Shown: positions 38,706 to 49,144, counted from the first letter of the stretch. The stretch is DNA of 64,000 bases from an uncultured Gammaproteobacteria bacterium (GCA_963748215.1 CAVVHS010000007.1:256001-320000); one strand, 5' to 3'. Notes: generated from the letters alone by a model not told the origin. Program-made: numbers and translations.

Positions 38706-41324
38706 TTATTGCGCCGGCAGTACCAGGCAAAAGCGCGAACCCTGGTATTCGGTGCTCTCCACCTCGACCCGGCCACTGTGAGCCCTGGCCACGGCCTGAA
38801 CGAAGGCCAGGCCCAGGCCTGCACCCGCCTGTACCGGGCGGTTTCTTCTATGCACGCGTTGAAAGCGATCAAACAGGCGCGGCAGTTCGCTGGCCGGTAT
38901 GCCTTCCCCCTCGTCGATGATGCAGCAGTGCCATTCGTCCGTGTGCCGGGAGAGTTCAAGCCGGACAGTGCTGTCCGCTTCGCTGAACTTGATGGCATTG
39001 CCCAGCAGGTTTACCAGGGCGCGCTCAAGCAGGCTGCCTTCGCCATGAATCCATGCGTCTTCCGGCGTGATGTCGCTGACGAGCTGAACGCGCTTCATCC
39101 GGGCGTGTTCCCAGACCTGTTCCAGCGCATTCGTGGCGACTGCAGCAAGATCGACCTCGCGGAGCTGTAACTGGCTGCTGCTTTCCACGCGCGCCAGTTG
39201 CAGAAACTGCTCGGCCAGATCAAGTGTTTTTCCGGCGTGGCTTTCCATGCGCGACAGCAGGTCCTGAATGTCGTCGCTGGTATTCCTGTTCCTGGCAAGC
39301 TCCAGCAATGCCAGTACGGAGACGAGTGGCGATCGCAGGTCGTGTGAAAGAAAGTTGAGCAGTTCGTTGCGTTTGTTTTCGCTGGCCTTGAGTGGGCTGA
39401 TGTCGGAGAAGTTCAGTATGAGCCCGACGGGCTGCAGCGTTTCCCGGGACAGGGGGGCGATTTGCGCCAGCAGCTGGCGACCGTGGTGGTGCCGTACTTC
39501 GACCTGGATCCGTGATTTCTCCAGCAGCGAGTGGCGGAGCAATTCATCCCAGTTTCTGGAATCCTGTATTTGCAGGTCCTTGAGCACTTTCATGATCGAC
39601 TGCCCGACCAGCACGGCGTGATCGCTGCCGCGCAGATACCAGCCGGCGCGGTTATTGGATAGCATTATCTGTCCCAGTGCATTGGTAACCAGTACGCCGT
39701 CAGCCATGTTCGACAGGCTGTCATCGACAAGCCGGCGTAACTCGCGCAACTGCGCGGTAGCCTGCTGCACCTGCTGTATACGTGCCTGAACCACCTCGTG
39801 CGGTCCCCCGGCAACCGGCTCACCCGTTGTCGAAAACTGCTGCTGCAACTGGTCAAGTATTGCCAGTTGCTGCGGGTCGGGCGGCGTAGCTGACTGCCAC
39901 TGCAGCCCCAGGAGCTTTTCCCGGCCTTGATCATCGAGTGTCGTCCACAGGTCGTTGTCGCTGCGAATCCACCGGCTTGGAGGTGTGCCGGCTGGCGGTG
40001 ACTGCGGTGCCTCGCCGTACCGGCTTTCAATGCGGCCATTCCGGTCAACCACGCTCCAGCCTTGCACAGGCAGAATATGTTGCAGGAAATCAAGACTCTG
40101 CTCGAGAGAGTGTCTGGCATGGACGTCCGCCGGCACCTGCTGTTCCTTGAGCCGGTCCAGCTCCTGGCTGAGATAGCGCATCGCCTGCTCCAGCCTGCGC
40201 CAGCTCCAGAGCGGGTAGCTCAGGGCGATCGCCAGCAGGGCCGCGGTGGGTGGATACCAGGTATGCAGTGTGATCAGCAGTGTGCCGGTGACAGCGAGTG
40301 TTGCCAGGAGCAGGCTGACTGTGACCAGCAGGTTGGTGCGGGGTGCCAGGTAGGGAAACAGCAGCATGGGCATCAGTGCCAGCAGGCCCGTCAATGCAAG
40401 TTGCCAGCCCTTGGCAAGCGGGGTGATATAGATACCCTTGAGCAAGGCATCCAGTACGTTGGCGTTGATTTCGACACCGCTCATCGAGTGGCTGAAGCCG
40501 GAGACCGGCGTGGGCAATGCATCGCCCAGCCCGGTGGCTGTTGCGCCGATCAGCACGTATTTTCCGCTGAATGTGCCGGGTGTGTAATTCCCCTGCATGA
40601 CACGGGCAAAGGATATATGCTTGAAATGACCGGGCGGGCCGGCAAACGGTATCAGCAGGGGTTGGGCGCGTGCCCACACCATCATCGACTCCGGGTTTGC
40701 GGTGGCTCCGCCTTGCGCATCTTCCTCAGCCGCAGGCAACGCGCCGGCAATTTGCAGCATGGCCATGCCCAGGTGCGGCCAGTGGGGATGGCCGAGCCCT
40801 TCCCGCAGGAACAGTCTGCGTGCAATGCCGTCAGGGTCCAGTTCGACATGAACATGTCCGAGTGCGGCGGCTTGTTCGCCCAGTAGCGGGAAGGGCAGGA
40901 TTTCGACGGGTAAAGCCCCGAGGCGTGGTTGCTCCATGATTACCGGGAGCGCAACCCGTCCACTGGCACGGATTTCGTTCGCAAACCGGGTATCACCCTC
41001 CGGATTGTCCAGGTCGGGTTCGGCAAAGATAACATCGTAGGCAATCGCACGCGGATGTTCTTCCGAAATCTTCTTCAGCAGATGGGCGTGTACCTGTCGT
41101 GACCACGGCCAGCGACCGAACTGTGACAGGCTGTCCTCGTCAATGGCGATAATGATGATGTTGTCCGGTGCCGGGCGCGACCAGAAGCGGAGCTGTGAAT
41201 CGTAGATAGTATGGTCCCAGCGCCACAGCCAGCCTTGCTGCTGACATAGCAGGGCGAGACCCATCAGCAGCAATGCAAGGGTGATGTATTCGGGCAGCGC
41301 GCGGTTGCGTGTCCTGCCTGGCAT
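38706..41324 (-). CDS. CHASE2-PAS sensor histidine kinase
   Basis: IAIDEDSLSQFGRWPWSR (CHASE2), three TMs, SHDLRSPL, NAIKF, GAGLGL. Confidence 0.92.
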   Translation of the reverse strand: MPGRTRNRALPEYITLALLLMGLALLCQQQGWLWRWDHTIYDSQLRFWSRPAPDNIIIIAIDEDSLSQFGRWPWSRQVHAHLLKKISEEHPRAIAYDVIFAEPDLDNPEGDTRFANEIRASGRVALPVIMEQPRLGALPVEILPFPLLGEQAAALGHVHVELDPDGIARRLFLREGLGHPHWPHLGMAMLQIAGALPAAEEDAQGGATANPESMMVWARAQPLLIPFAGPPGHFKHISFARVMQGNYTPGTFSGKYVLIGATATGLGDALPTPVSGFSHSMSGVEINANVLDALLKGIYITPLAKGWQLALTGLLALMPMLLFPYLAPRTNLLVTVSLLLATLAVTGTLLITLHTWYPPTAALLAIALSYPLWSWRRLEQAMRYLSQELDRLKEQQVPADVHARHSLEQSLDFLQHILPVQGWSVVDRNGRIESRYGEAPQSPPAGTPPSRWIRSDNDLWTTLDDQGREKLLGLQWQSATPPDPQQLAILDQLQQQFSTTGEPVAGGPHEVVQARIQQVQQATAQLRELRRLVDDSLSNMADGVLVTNALGQIMLSNNRAGWYLRGSDHAVLVGQSIMKVLKDLQIQDSRNWDELLRHSLLEKSRIQVEVRHHHGRQLLAQIAPLSRETLQPVGLILNFSDISPLKASENKRNELLNFLSHDLRSPLVSVLALLELARNRNTSDDIQDLLSRMESHAGKTLDLAEQFLQLARVESSSQLQLREVDLAAVATNALEQVWEHARMKRVQLVSDITPEDAWIHGEGSLLERALVNLLGNAIKFSEADSTVRLELSRHTDEWHCCIIDEGEGIPASELPRLFDRFQRVHRRNRPVQAGAGLGLAFVQAVARAHSGRVEVESTEYQGSRFCLVLPAQ

Positions 41325-42979
41325 TACAACAGCAGCGGGATGAACACGAACAGCAGGGGCCAGTAGCTGGTGGGGGGTACCATGATTTCATAGCTGATGC
41401 CGTATGGCCCGGCGGCGGCTTGTTCATCCAGTGTTCTGGCGCGGAAGTAATAGCGTTCCGGCGTCGGGCGCGGGATCACCACGTGCGGCTCGGTGACTGT
41501 GCGTTCAATCACGATGTCGGCAAAATCCGGGTCACTTGCCAGCTGGAAGTGATAGTGTGCGGCACCTGCAACGGCTTGCCAGTGAAAGGCCATTTCATCC
41601 GTGCCGATTTGTGGCGGGGCCAGATCAGGGCCCGGCGGCAAGGGACGGAAACTGAAATTCTGCGCATCGCTGAATGGCCCCGGGCTGCTGTCACCCTGGT
41701 AAGTGGCCACGCGCCAGAAATAGTCACCCGCCGGCAGCGGTATCCCGGGCCGGAAATGCGGTTTGCGCAGGTCGGGCAGGTCGGCAAGCAGTTCCTTGAA
41801 GTGTGCATCGCGTGCCAGCTGGAAATGCCAGCCCGTATCGGCGGGTGTTGTTGACCAGGTGAAATCCGGCTGTGACTCCCGGATAAGTACGGCGTTACCC
41901 AGGCCGATCAGCAGCGGCGGTTCCGGTCGTGCATCGACCGTGAAGGCACGCATGGCGTCGAGTCCTTCCAGCCTGTCCCTGTCTATGGCGCGTACACGCA
42001 GGACGTAGTCCCCGTCGGGCAGGTCCGCCGTGGCTGATGCCTGCTGGCTGGTGTCATCCAGAAGCAGCCGGTCGAACTTGCTGCTGGGGGCGACCTGGAA
42101 GCGGTAGGCGGCGGCGTTCCCGACACTTTCCCAGGTGAACTGCAGGGGCAGCCGGTCAAGCACGGCTGGCAGGGGGGAGAGGTCCGGTGCTGGCAGGAGT
42201 TCCCGCGGCGGCTGCGGGGGCAGGCCTGCCTCGGCAAGGGTACCGAAGCCGGCCGGTACCAGCTGGTCTGCGCCGGCGCCGGATACACCGACCCGGCCTT
42301 CGATGACCTCGCTGCGTGCGACCGGTTTATCCGTATCTGCACTGACACGGAACTGTGTGCCGCGTACCGCGGCTACGGCCGCCGGGGTGATGATGTGGTA
42401 ACGGCTACCCGGCCCCTTGCCGGGTTCTACACGGGTATCAACCCGCCCACCCTGGAGGCGCACACGCGTATCGACCATGCCGGTTTCACCATAGGCGCTG
42501 AGACTGTCCATGATGACTTCACTGTTGGATAACACCAGCAGTTCGGAGCCGTCGGCAAATCGGATATTCAGGTTGCCGTCAGGGCCGGTCCTGACCGTGT
42601 CCCCGGTGTGCAAAGGGGTATCGATCGCCAGTGGCCGGCTACTGCCATCGGCAGCGCTGACCAGGTGGGCCGTGCCCTGCAGCTGTACGACCACGGCGCT
42701 GGCCGGCTGGTGTTTGAGCCAGGCGACAGGGAACTTCAGGCGACTGCCCGGTGGTATTTTCAGCGGGTCGGTAATATTGTTGTGCCGCTGCAGGGATTTC
42801 CAGTACTTCATGCTGACCAGGTGGGTTTCGCTGAGATTCCAGAGGTTGTCGCCGGGACGAACGGTATAGATCCAGTCTTCGGCTGAGGCGGCGGCGGTCA
42901 GCAGCAGCAGTACGGTGGTCAGCAGGGTGACGGTGTTTTTATGCAGCCGGTGTATGGCGCTGTTGTTTCCGGTTCTCAT
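41324..42979 (-). CDS. exported LysM + FecR-domain protein with beta-sandwich repeats and a hydrophobic C-terminus
   Basis: YTVRPGDNLWNLS (LysM), TPAAVAAVRGTQFRV (FecR-like), repeated Y.FQ.A / Y.WRV. Confidence 0.88.
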   Translation of the reverse strand: MRTGNNSAIHRLHKNTVTLLTTVLLLLTAAASAEDWIYTVRPGDNLWNLSETHLVSMKYWKSLQRHNNITDPLKIPPGSRLKFPVAWLKHQPASAVVVQLQGTAHLVSAADGSSRPLAIDTPLHTGDTVRTGPDGNLNIRFADGSELLVLSNSEVIMDSLSAYGETGMVDTRVRLQGGRVDTRVEPGKGPGSRYHIITPAAVAAVRGTQFRVSADTDKPVARSEVIEGRVGVSGAGADQLVPAGFGTLAEAGLPPQPPRELLPAPDLSPLPAVLDRLPLQFTWESVGNAAAYRFQVAPSSKFDRLLLDDTSQQASATADLPDGDYVLRVRAIDRDRLEGLDAMRAFTVDARPEPPLLIGLGNAVLIRESQPDFTWSTTPADTGWHFQLARDAHFKELLADLPDLRKPHFRPGIPLPAGDYFWRVATYQGDSSPGPFSDAQNFSFRPLPPGPDLAPPQIGTDEMAFHWQAVAGAAHYHFQLASDPDFADIVIERTVTEPHVVIPRPTPERYYFRARTLDEQAAAGPYGISYEIMVPPTSYWPLLFVFIPLLL

Positions 42980-43019
42980 GCATTGTCTCTCACTGGCAGA
43001 GCCCTATGGATACAGGGTA

Positions 43020-43730
43020 TCAGGACGGCAATGTTTCACTGGTGACGGGTAGCGGCTCCAGGCGGTAACCATGATTGTAAACGGCATTCAGCCGTACCCC
43101 GTTGTCAGGGTTGATGCCGAGCTTGTTGCGGACCCTGCTGATATGGGTGTCGACCGTGCGCGTGCTCAGTTCGCCATTTGTGCCCCAGACATTTTCCAGG
43201 ATATAACTGCGGGACAGCAGGCGACCGGGGTTGCGAAACAGCAGCAGTGCGAGGTCGTACTCCTTGTTGGTCAGTTCCACCGTGTCTGTGCCGATCGTGA
43301 CGTTGCGATTGGTGATATCGAAATCGAACAAGCCCAGTTTCAGGTTGCTTGCCTGTCCGCTGGTCGGCTGGCTGCGGCGTTCGAGTGCCTTGATTCGTGC
43401 CAGGGTTTCATGCTGCCTGGCGGGTTTGGTCATATAGTCATCAGCGCCATGCTCCAGCGCATAGACGATGTCTTCTTCCAGGTCGCGGCTGGTCATGAAC
43501 AGGATCGGGATGTGCCAGTCGAGGTTCTCGCGCACCCAGGTCAGGACCTCCGGGCCCGTGGTATCCGGAAGGTTCCAGTCAATCACGAGCAGGTCGAAGG
43601 TCTCACGCTTGAGCATGTTCTTGAATTCACTGCCCGAGGCGAAGGCCTGGCATTCATGGCCGGCCTCCCCGAGCCATGACTGCAGCAGCTCTGCCTGGTC
43701 TGCATCGTCCTCCAGAACCGCTATGCGCAC
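43020..43730 (-). CDS. OmpR/PhoB family response regulator
   Basis: GGAGG before GTG; LEDD, DWNLPD, GADDYMTKP, LTNKEYDL, RTVDTHISRVRNKL. Confidence 0.95.
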   Translation of the reverse strand: MRIAVLEDDADQAELLQSWLGEAGHECQAFASGSEFKNMLKRETFDLLVIDWNLPDTTGPEVLTWVRENLDWHIPILFMTSRDLEEDIVYALEHGADDYMTKPARQHETLARIKALERRSQPTSGQASNLKLGLFDFDITNRNVTIGTDTVELTNKEYDLALLLFRNPGRLLSRSYILENVWGTNGELSTRTVDTHISRVRNKLGINPDNGVRLNAVYNHGYRLEPLPVTSETLPS

Positions 43731-44042
43731 AGCAACCTCCCTTCTGAGTCCTGAGGGACCACTGCAGGATATTTTCACATATACCGGCCTGAAAAAAATG
43801 AAAATTTGTGAACAATTGTGGCCGACAGGCCGGGCATGATGTTGTTTCCCGGCGCTGACAGCGCAGCCCTGACAGCCACTGCCGCCGCCTGCCGGTCGGG
43901 TCATGAGGCAGCTGGCAGGCCTGCCGGTGCACGGCATTTTCTCGCCGGGTATTTGCTGTATACAGGGCGGTACCGCCATATGTCTGACCTGTTGCTGGCG
44001 CCAGTCACCTATAATGGCGATTCACAGCAGGCTTCGATACCC

Positions 44043-44819
44043 ATGACTGAGTTCATTACACCCTCGAAAAAACTGGCATCGCTCACCGGGCGCGCTATTG
44101 CGGATTTCGACATGATTCGCGCCGGTGATCGCATCCTGCTCGGACTGTCCGGCGGCAAGGATTCGCTGTCGCTGCTGCACATCCTGCGCTATTTCCAGCG
44201 CCGGGCGCCGCTGCCGTTCGAGCTGGGCGCGATCACCGTCGATCCCATGGCCGGCGACTTCGACCCCGCGCCGATGATCCCGTACCTCGCCAGGCTGGGC
44301 GTGGAATACCACTATGTACGCAAGCCCGTCATGGACCTGGCCAAAGAACACATGGGCCGGAATTCCTACTGCGCATTCTGCTCGCGTCTCAAGCGCGGTT
44401 ACATGTACCAGACGGCGCGTGAACACGGTTTTAACGTGATCGCGCTGGCGCAGCACCTGGACGACCTGGCGGAAAGTTTTCTCATGTCGGCCTTTCACGG
44501 CGGCCGGTTGCAGACCATGAAGGCGCACTACGTCAACGACGACGGCGACCTGCGCATCATCCGCCCGCTGGTCTACGTGCGCGAGCGGCAGACGCATGAC
44601 TTCGCTGTCAACAGCGGCCTGCCGGTGATCGCCGATTCCTGTCCTGCCTGTTTCTCCATGCCGACCCAGCGCGAGCATATGAAGTCGCTGCTGGCGGCCG
44701 AGGAGGCGCGCAACAGCCTGCTGTTCAAGTCCTTGCTGACCACGCTCAAGCCCTTGATGGGCGCAGGGCTGCCGGTTGCGCCGCAGCCGGCCCGATCTGA
44801 ACGGATCCGCGAGGCATGA
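44043..44819 (+). CDS. TtcA-family tRNA thiolation PP-loop ATPase
   Basis: SGGKDS, CAFCSRLKRG, HLDD, IIRPL, CPAC. Confidence 0.88.
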   Translation: MTEFITPSKKLASLTGRAIADFDMIRAGDRILLGLSGGKDSLSLLHILRYFQRRAPLPFELGAITVDPMAGDFDPAPMIPYLARLGVEYHYVRKPVMDLAKEHMGRNSYCAFCSRLKRGYMYQTAREHGFNVIALAQHLDDLAESFLMSAFHGGRLQTMKAHYVNDDGDLRIIRPLVYVRERQTHDFAVNSGLPVIADSCPACFSMPTQREHMKSLLAAEEARNSLLFKSLLTTLKPLMGAGLPVAPQPARSERIREA

Positions 44820-45160
44820 TGCAAACCCAGACCGATGCCGACGCCCTGGCACACAGCAAGGCGACCGGCGCGGTGTTCATCCTGTTCGGCGGTGCGCAGT
44901 GCCAGGTCTGTCAAACCCTGCGGCCGCAACTGGAAGCCATGCTGGAACGCGATTTTCCCGCTATGCAGGGTGTGTATGTCGATTGCGCGGCTTCACCCGC
45001 GCTTTGCGCACAGCATGGCGTGTACAGCCTGCCGGTGGTGCAGGCGTTTATCGAGGGCATGAAGGTCGCCGAGGTGGCGCGGGCGTTCGGCATGCAGCAG
45101 CTGAAGCAGCAGCTGGAGCGGCCCTATGCGATCTGGCGCGAAGGACGGACGAAGGGGTAG
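44816..45160 (+). CDS. thioredoxin family protein
   Basis: CQVC, SLPVV; ATGA overlap with upstream gene. Confidence 0.85.
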   Translation: MMQTQTDADALAHSKATGAVFILFGGAQCQVCQTLRPQLEAMLERDFPAMQGVYVDCAASPALCAQHGVYSLPVVQAFIEGMKVAEVARAFGMQQLKQQLERPYAIWREGRTKG

Positions 45161-45326
45161 CCGGGCCGGCTGACGGCGTGCCGCTGCTGCGGTATTCGGA
45201 GCCGGTAACACGGTTGGGGATGATTGTGGTGGTTTGGCTGTTGTTTTTGATCGATAATCAGCCATATGCCGGACTTACGGCATGCGGTAAATTCACGTTA
45301 CCGGTCACGTAGCAGAGGGGAATGTC

Positions 45327-45725
45327 ATGTCAGAAAACATCACCATCCAGAATTCGAAGGCCAGGGTCTTCAACAAGATTCCCTGGACTTTCCTCATCAT
45401 CGCCTACCTGCTGGTGGTGCATTTCATGAAGCTGGAGTTGAGCGGCGTGGCCGGCTACGTGTTCATCGCCCTGGCCGTACTGATACTGTTCCTCGAATTC
45501 TTCAAATCCGGCGATATCAGCACGTCGACCTTTCTGACCGATACCGTTGCGGCCGTCATCGGTGTCGTTACGGCCACCTTCCTGCTCAGCTATATGTATT
45601 TCAAGCTCGGTCAGACACCGAACTTCTTTCACTGGTTCGGCTACGCCATCCTGATCGGTGACGCGACCATGAGTCCGTTCAATTCCTTCCGCACTGCGCT
45701 GCGCAATTTCGGCGTCGGAACCTGA
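45327..45725 (+). CDS. 4-TM hypothetical membrane protein
   Basis: GAGGGG upstream; four hydrophobic segments; C-terminal SPFNSFRTALRNF. Confidence 0.8.
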   Translation: MSENITIQNSKARVFNKIPWTFLIIAYLLVVHFMKLELSGVAGYVFIALAVLILFLEFFKSGDISTSTFLTDTVAAVIGVVTATFLLSYMYFKLGQTPNFFHWFGYAILIGDATMSPFNSFRTALRNFGVGT

Positions 45726-45766
45726 GAATTGCCGGCAGCCTGCTGCCGTCCGGGGTCCAGTCTCAC

Positions 45767-46189
45767 GTGCGCGAAACCATCTCCATCAACACCGGCAGTC
45801 GCGAGGAACTGGTGGATATCACCGGTCAGGTGCAGGCTGCAGTGCAGCGCAGCGGGGTGCGCAACGGCCTGGTGAGCGTGTACGCGCAGGGCGCGACCGC
45901 CGCGCTCATGATCCAGGAAAACTGGGACGACAGTGTGCAGACCGACGTGGTGCACCTGCTGCAACAGCTGATACCGCGTGGCCTGTGGCTGCACGACCGG
46001 CAGGACGGTAACGGCGATGCCCATCTCAAGTCCGGCCTGGTCGGGCCATCGGAGACAATCCCGCTGATCGATGGCAAGCTCGGCCTGTCGCGCTGGCAGA
46101 ATATCTTTTTTTGCGAGTTCGACGGACCGCGCAGCGAACGTACCGTCATCTGCACGGTCATAGCGGATAGTCCTGGCATTGCCGGCTGA
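45767..46189 (+). CDS. YjbQ/UPF0047 family protein
   Basis: ELVDIT, ATAALMIQEN, NGDAHLKS, WQNIFFCEFDGPR. Confidence 0.9.
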   Translation: MRETISINTGSREELVDITGQVQAAVQRSGVRNGLVSVYAQGATAALMIQENWDDSVQTDVVHLLQQLIPRGLWLHDRQDGNGDAHLKSGLVGPSETIPLIDGKLGLSRWQNIFFCEFDGPRSERTVICTVIADSPGIAG

Positions 46190-46227
46190 TCCGGCGCAGG
46201 TCCTGAAAAACGGTTTAACATCACCCC

Positions 46228-46665
46228 ATGCCCTTCATCGCTCACCTGCTGGTCCTGTTGCAGTTCACCGGTATCGGTGCGGCCTGTTTTCCCGTGGCAC
46301 TTGCCCCCGGCGGCAGTCCATACTGGCTGCTGTTCTGCGCGCTGGGGCTGGGTGGCGGAATCGTGACCCTGTATTACAACCGCCCGGGTAATTTCAATGT
46401 CTATCCCCTGCCGAAGCCGGATACGCGGCTGATCACCGCGGGACCGTATCGCTACGTCCGGCACCCCATGTACCTGTGCCTGATCGTCATGATGCTCGGC
46501 GTGGCGCTGTATAATTGTTCCTGGCTCAATTTCGCGGGCCTGGCGCTGGTGACCGGGGCGGTGGCGGGCAAGGCGGTGCTGGAAGAGCGCCTGCTGCTGA
46601 CGCAGTTCCCCGCATATGCAGAGTACATTCAGCGCACCCGGCGCATCATCCCGGGCGTGTTTTAG
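46228..46665 (+). CDS. isoprenylcysteine carboxyl methyltransferase (ICMT/PEMT) family membrane protein
   Basis: LITAGPYRYVRHPMY, EERLL..FPAYAEY. Confidence 0.9.
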   Translation: MPFIAHLLVLLQFTGIGAACFPVALAPGGSPYWLLFCALGLGGGIVTLYYNRPGNFNVYPLPKPDTRLITAGPYRYVRHPMYLCLIVMMLGVALYNCSWLNFAGLALVTGAVAGKAVLEERLLLTQFPAYAEYIQRTRRIIPGVF

Positions 46666-46705
46666 CCGGTAGTTTCGAATACGAGTATTAAACGCGCCAG
46701 ATAAT

Positions 46706-46990
46706 CGCGCAAAGGCGCAGAGATCTCAGAGACTATCATTGCGCGGTTTATTGCCGCCATGGCGCGCAACGAAAGAAAAGGACTCTACCTAAAGCGAGTG
46801 GGTAGATTACCGTTGCAGGGCCGAATTCATTCGGCCAACAGCTGGTTCATGAATGGTCGAATGAATTCGACCCTACTACACATCCTGTCCGGTTTCTCCG
46901 CGTGCCTTGCGTCTCTCGGCAATTGCTCCCTGCATTGCTCTCGGCTCTGGCCTCCTGCTTCGCTCTGCCGAGTCCATCCATGGACTCGTG
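46706..46990. repeat. nested repeat cluster between convergent genes
   Basis: CGCAGAG-type arms (46706-46732, 46895-46920) enclose a REP doublet GCAGGGCCGAATTCATTCGGCC..GGTCGAATGAATTCGACCCTAC (46815-46876); GAGTCCATCCATGGACTC hairpin follows. Confidence 0.65.
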
Positions 46991-47149
46991 CCTCCTCTAC
47001 ATGGCCCAGGCCAGCCTCTCGATCCGGGCTATGCCCGTAAAAATGGTTTCACCTCCTCCCTGTAGCCGTGCACGAGATTACTTTTTACGAAAAAACAATG
47101 TACTTCTGTCTGCATGATTACGGCTGCAGTGGTGGACTATGTCACGCTG

Positions 47150-47914
47150 TCACAGGCTACGGGCGATGTGCTGGCCCGGTCCGGGCTGGTCGGGTTGCGA
47201 GCCGTCGAACAGCTCGTCGGGAAGTTGACTGGTGACCTCGATGCGCTCGAGGGTGGTATGCCCCATGGCGTTGCCCATGGCGTAGTGCGTCTCGCTGAAC
47301 GCGAACAACCGGTCCCCGACCTTGCGGAAATCGTCATACACAGTGGCGAACTCCATGCCGCGTTCCTGTTCCATCGACACGATGCCGCGTGATTCCAGGA
47401 TCCGGCCCGTTGCGGGATCGATCCCGGCAACCAGGCGCAGGTTGCCGTGAAACGGGAGTTCCAGGGCGCGCAGGGTGTCACCGTTGCGGGCGGTGATGAC
47501 GCCCGCATCGCGCAGCTTGTCCCGGTGATCGAGCAGGCTATTGGGCAGGCCGAGGCGCGCGGCCTGCAGCAGCATCGTGGCGTACCGGGTGCCCGAGACC
47601 GGTGCGCCCTGTTGCCAGGCCGTGGCGCCGGCCAGTACACGCAATTCCCTGTCGTTTTCACTATAGCGGATATCGATGCGCAGCCGGTCGGGGTACTGGA
47701 AGGCGCGGTGCACCCGTCCGGGCCGCTGGCGCATGGCGGAAGCGGTTGTACCGAACTGTTCAAAGGCCGTCGCCGCGGACAGGACTTCCCGGCCGCCGTA
47801 GGCCGCGGCGACCTTGTCGAGCAGGGCGCCGAGCGCGTCGGCCGCACTGGCCTGGCCGCATATGGTCAACAGTGCCAGCCACAGGACAGCAGTCGAAAGT
47901 CGCGCAAGGTTCAT
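47150..47914 (-). CDS. exported hypothetical protein (beta-rich, possibly LolA-like)
   Basis: signal peptide ending ASA; AAYGG, YDDFRKVG..FAFSE pattern. Confidence 0.7.
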   Translation of the reverse strand: MNLARLSTAVLWLALLTICGQASAADALGALLDKVAAAYGGREVLSAATAFEQFGTTASAMRQRPGRVHRAFQYPDRLRIDIRYSENDRELRVLAGATAWQQGAPVSGTRYATMLLQAARLGLPNSLLDHRDKLRDAGVITARNGDTLRALELPFHGNLRLVAGIDPATGRILESRGIVSMEQERGMEFATVYDDFRKVGDRLFAFSETHYAMGNAMGHTTLERIEVTSQLPDELFDGSQPDQPGPGQHIARSL

Positions 47915-48150
47915 GTCATGCAAGCGCCCGGGTGGGTGAAGAGAGCGACGGGCCATGCGCGCCGCCTCGTGACAGTATAAGACAATGCGGCGATGACGTG
48001 ATGCCAGGAGCGGCCGGCGCACGCCGCAGCGCCGGTTTCCTGCCAAACGAACAACCGGTTATGACCTGGTGCTGATGGTGTGCACTTGCCGACCCATGGC
48101 GCGGCGAACGGATCGCGGCGTATACTGCGCGCATCGGCCAGGTTTACGTT

Positions 48151-48648
48151 TTGGAGGCAACCGTTGTGACGCAGAGTACTGAAAGTAACATCCTGATAAA
48201 TTCCCTGCTTGGCAAGGATCTCGATGAGGGTGAGTGCACGGTCCTGCTGGGCTTGATGGGCAAACGGCAGCTGCATGACGGCGAGGACCTGGCGAGGGAG
48301 GGCGATACCGGCAACACGCTGTTCATCCTCATCGCGGGCAAGGTCACGGTCAACAGCAAGGTCGCTGGCAAGGATGTGACGCTCTATACCCTGAAGGTGG
48401 GCGAGTGCGCAGGCACACGGGCGTTCGTGGAAGTGGCGCCGCGCCAGGCGACGTTGCGCGCCGTGGGTAATGCAACGGTGCTCACGCTGGAGCAGGGCGA
48501 TTTCGAAGCATTATTGGAGACGTATCCGCGCATCGTCTACAAGGTCATGCGCGGCCTGTTCCGACAGACGCATGCCAACCTGATGCGCATGGATGCGGAA
48601 TCGCAGCAACTGGCGAACTACATCACCAAGACCGGCGGGCGTTATTGA
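48151..48648 (+). CDS. stand-alone cyclic nucleotide-binding domain protein
   Basis: EGDTGNTLFILIAGKV, GECAG, PRQATLRA; no HTH. Confidence 0.88.
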   Translation: MEATVVTQSTESNILINSLLGKDLDEGECTVLLGLMGKRQLHDGEDLAREGDTGNTLFILIAGKVTVNSKVAGKDVTLYTLKVGECAGTRAFVEVAPRQATLRAVGNATVLTLEQGDFEALLETYPRIVYKVMRGLFRQTHANLMRMDAESQQLANYITKTGGRY

Positions 48649-48718
48649 TCGCTACAGGCGTGCGGGAACGCGCGAACCTGAATGGACACGGGAACACCCC
48701 AACCGGGGTGCGTTCTGG

Positions 48719-49061
48719 GTGAGACGTGATACGTGAAAAGAACAATGGCCACGGGAGCACACGGAAGAACACGAAAAAAATAACAATGCCGGCGTAGGGT
48801 GCGTTTTACGCACCGGGAGCGGCGCCAGGGGTGCCGCCTGCGGCTGAGGTGGGAGGTGAGGGGTGAACAGAAGAATGGCCACGGAACAACACGGAAATAA
48901 TGTAGGGTGCACTCCGTGCGCCATTGCCGGTGCGTAGAACGCACCCTGCATCGATAACGGTGATACCTGAAAGGTAAAAGGCCGGTGATATCCGCCTATA
49001 CACCGGTAAATCTGCCGCCCGGCTTTCAAAATGTTTCAAATTTCACCTTTCACGCTTCACG
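48719..49061. repeat. composite modular repeat, locus C
   Basis: heptamer - AATGGCCACGG - REP twice, REP doublet at 48901-48952, then direct and inverted heptamer runs. Confidence 0.85.
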
Positions 49062-49144
49062 CTCTGCCCGGGACAATCATTTCTCTGTATGACCGGTGAT
49101 CCCTGTGGCGTGCTTTCCTGCTGCATCCTGGCGTGGGACCGGGC

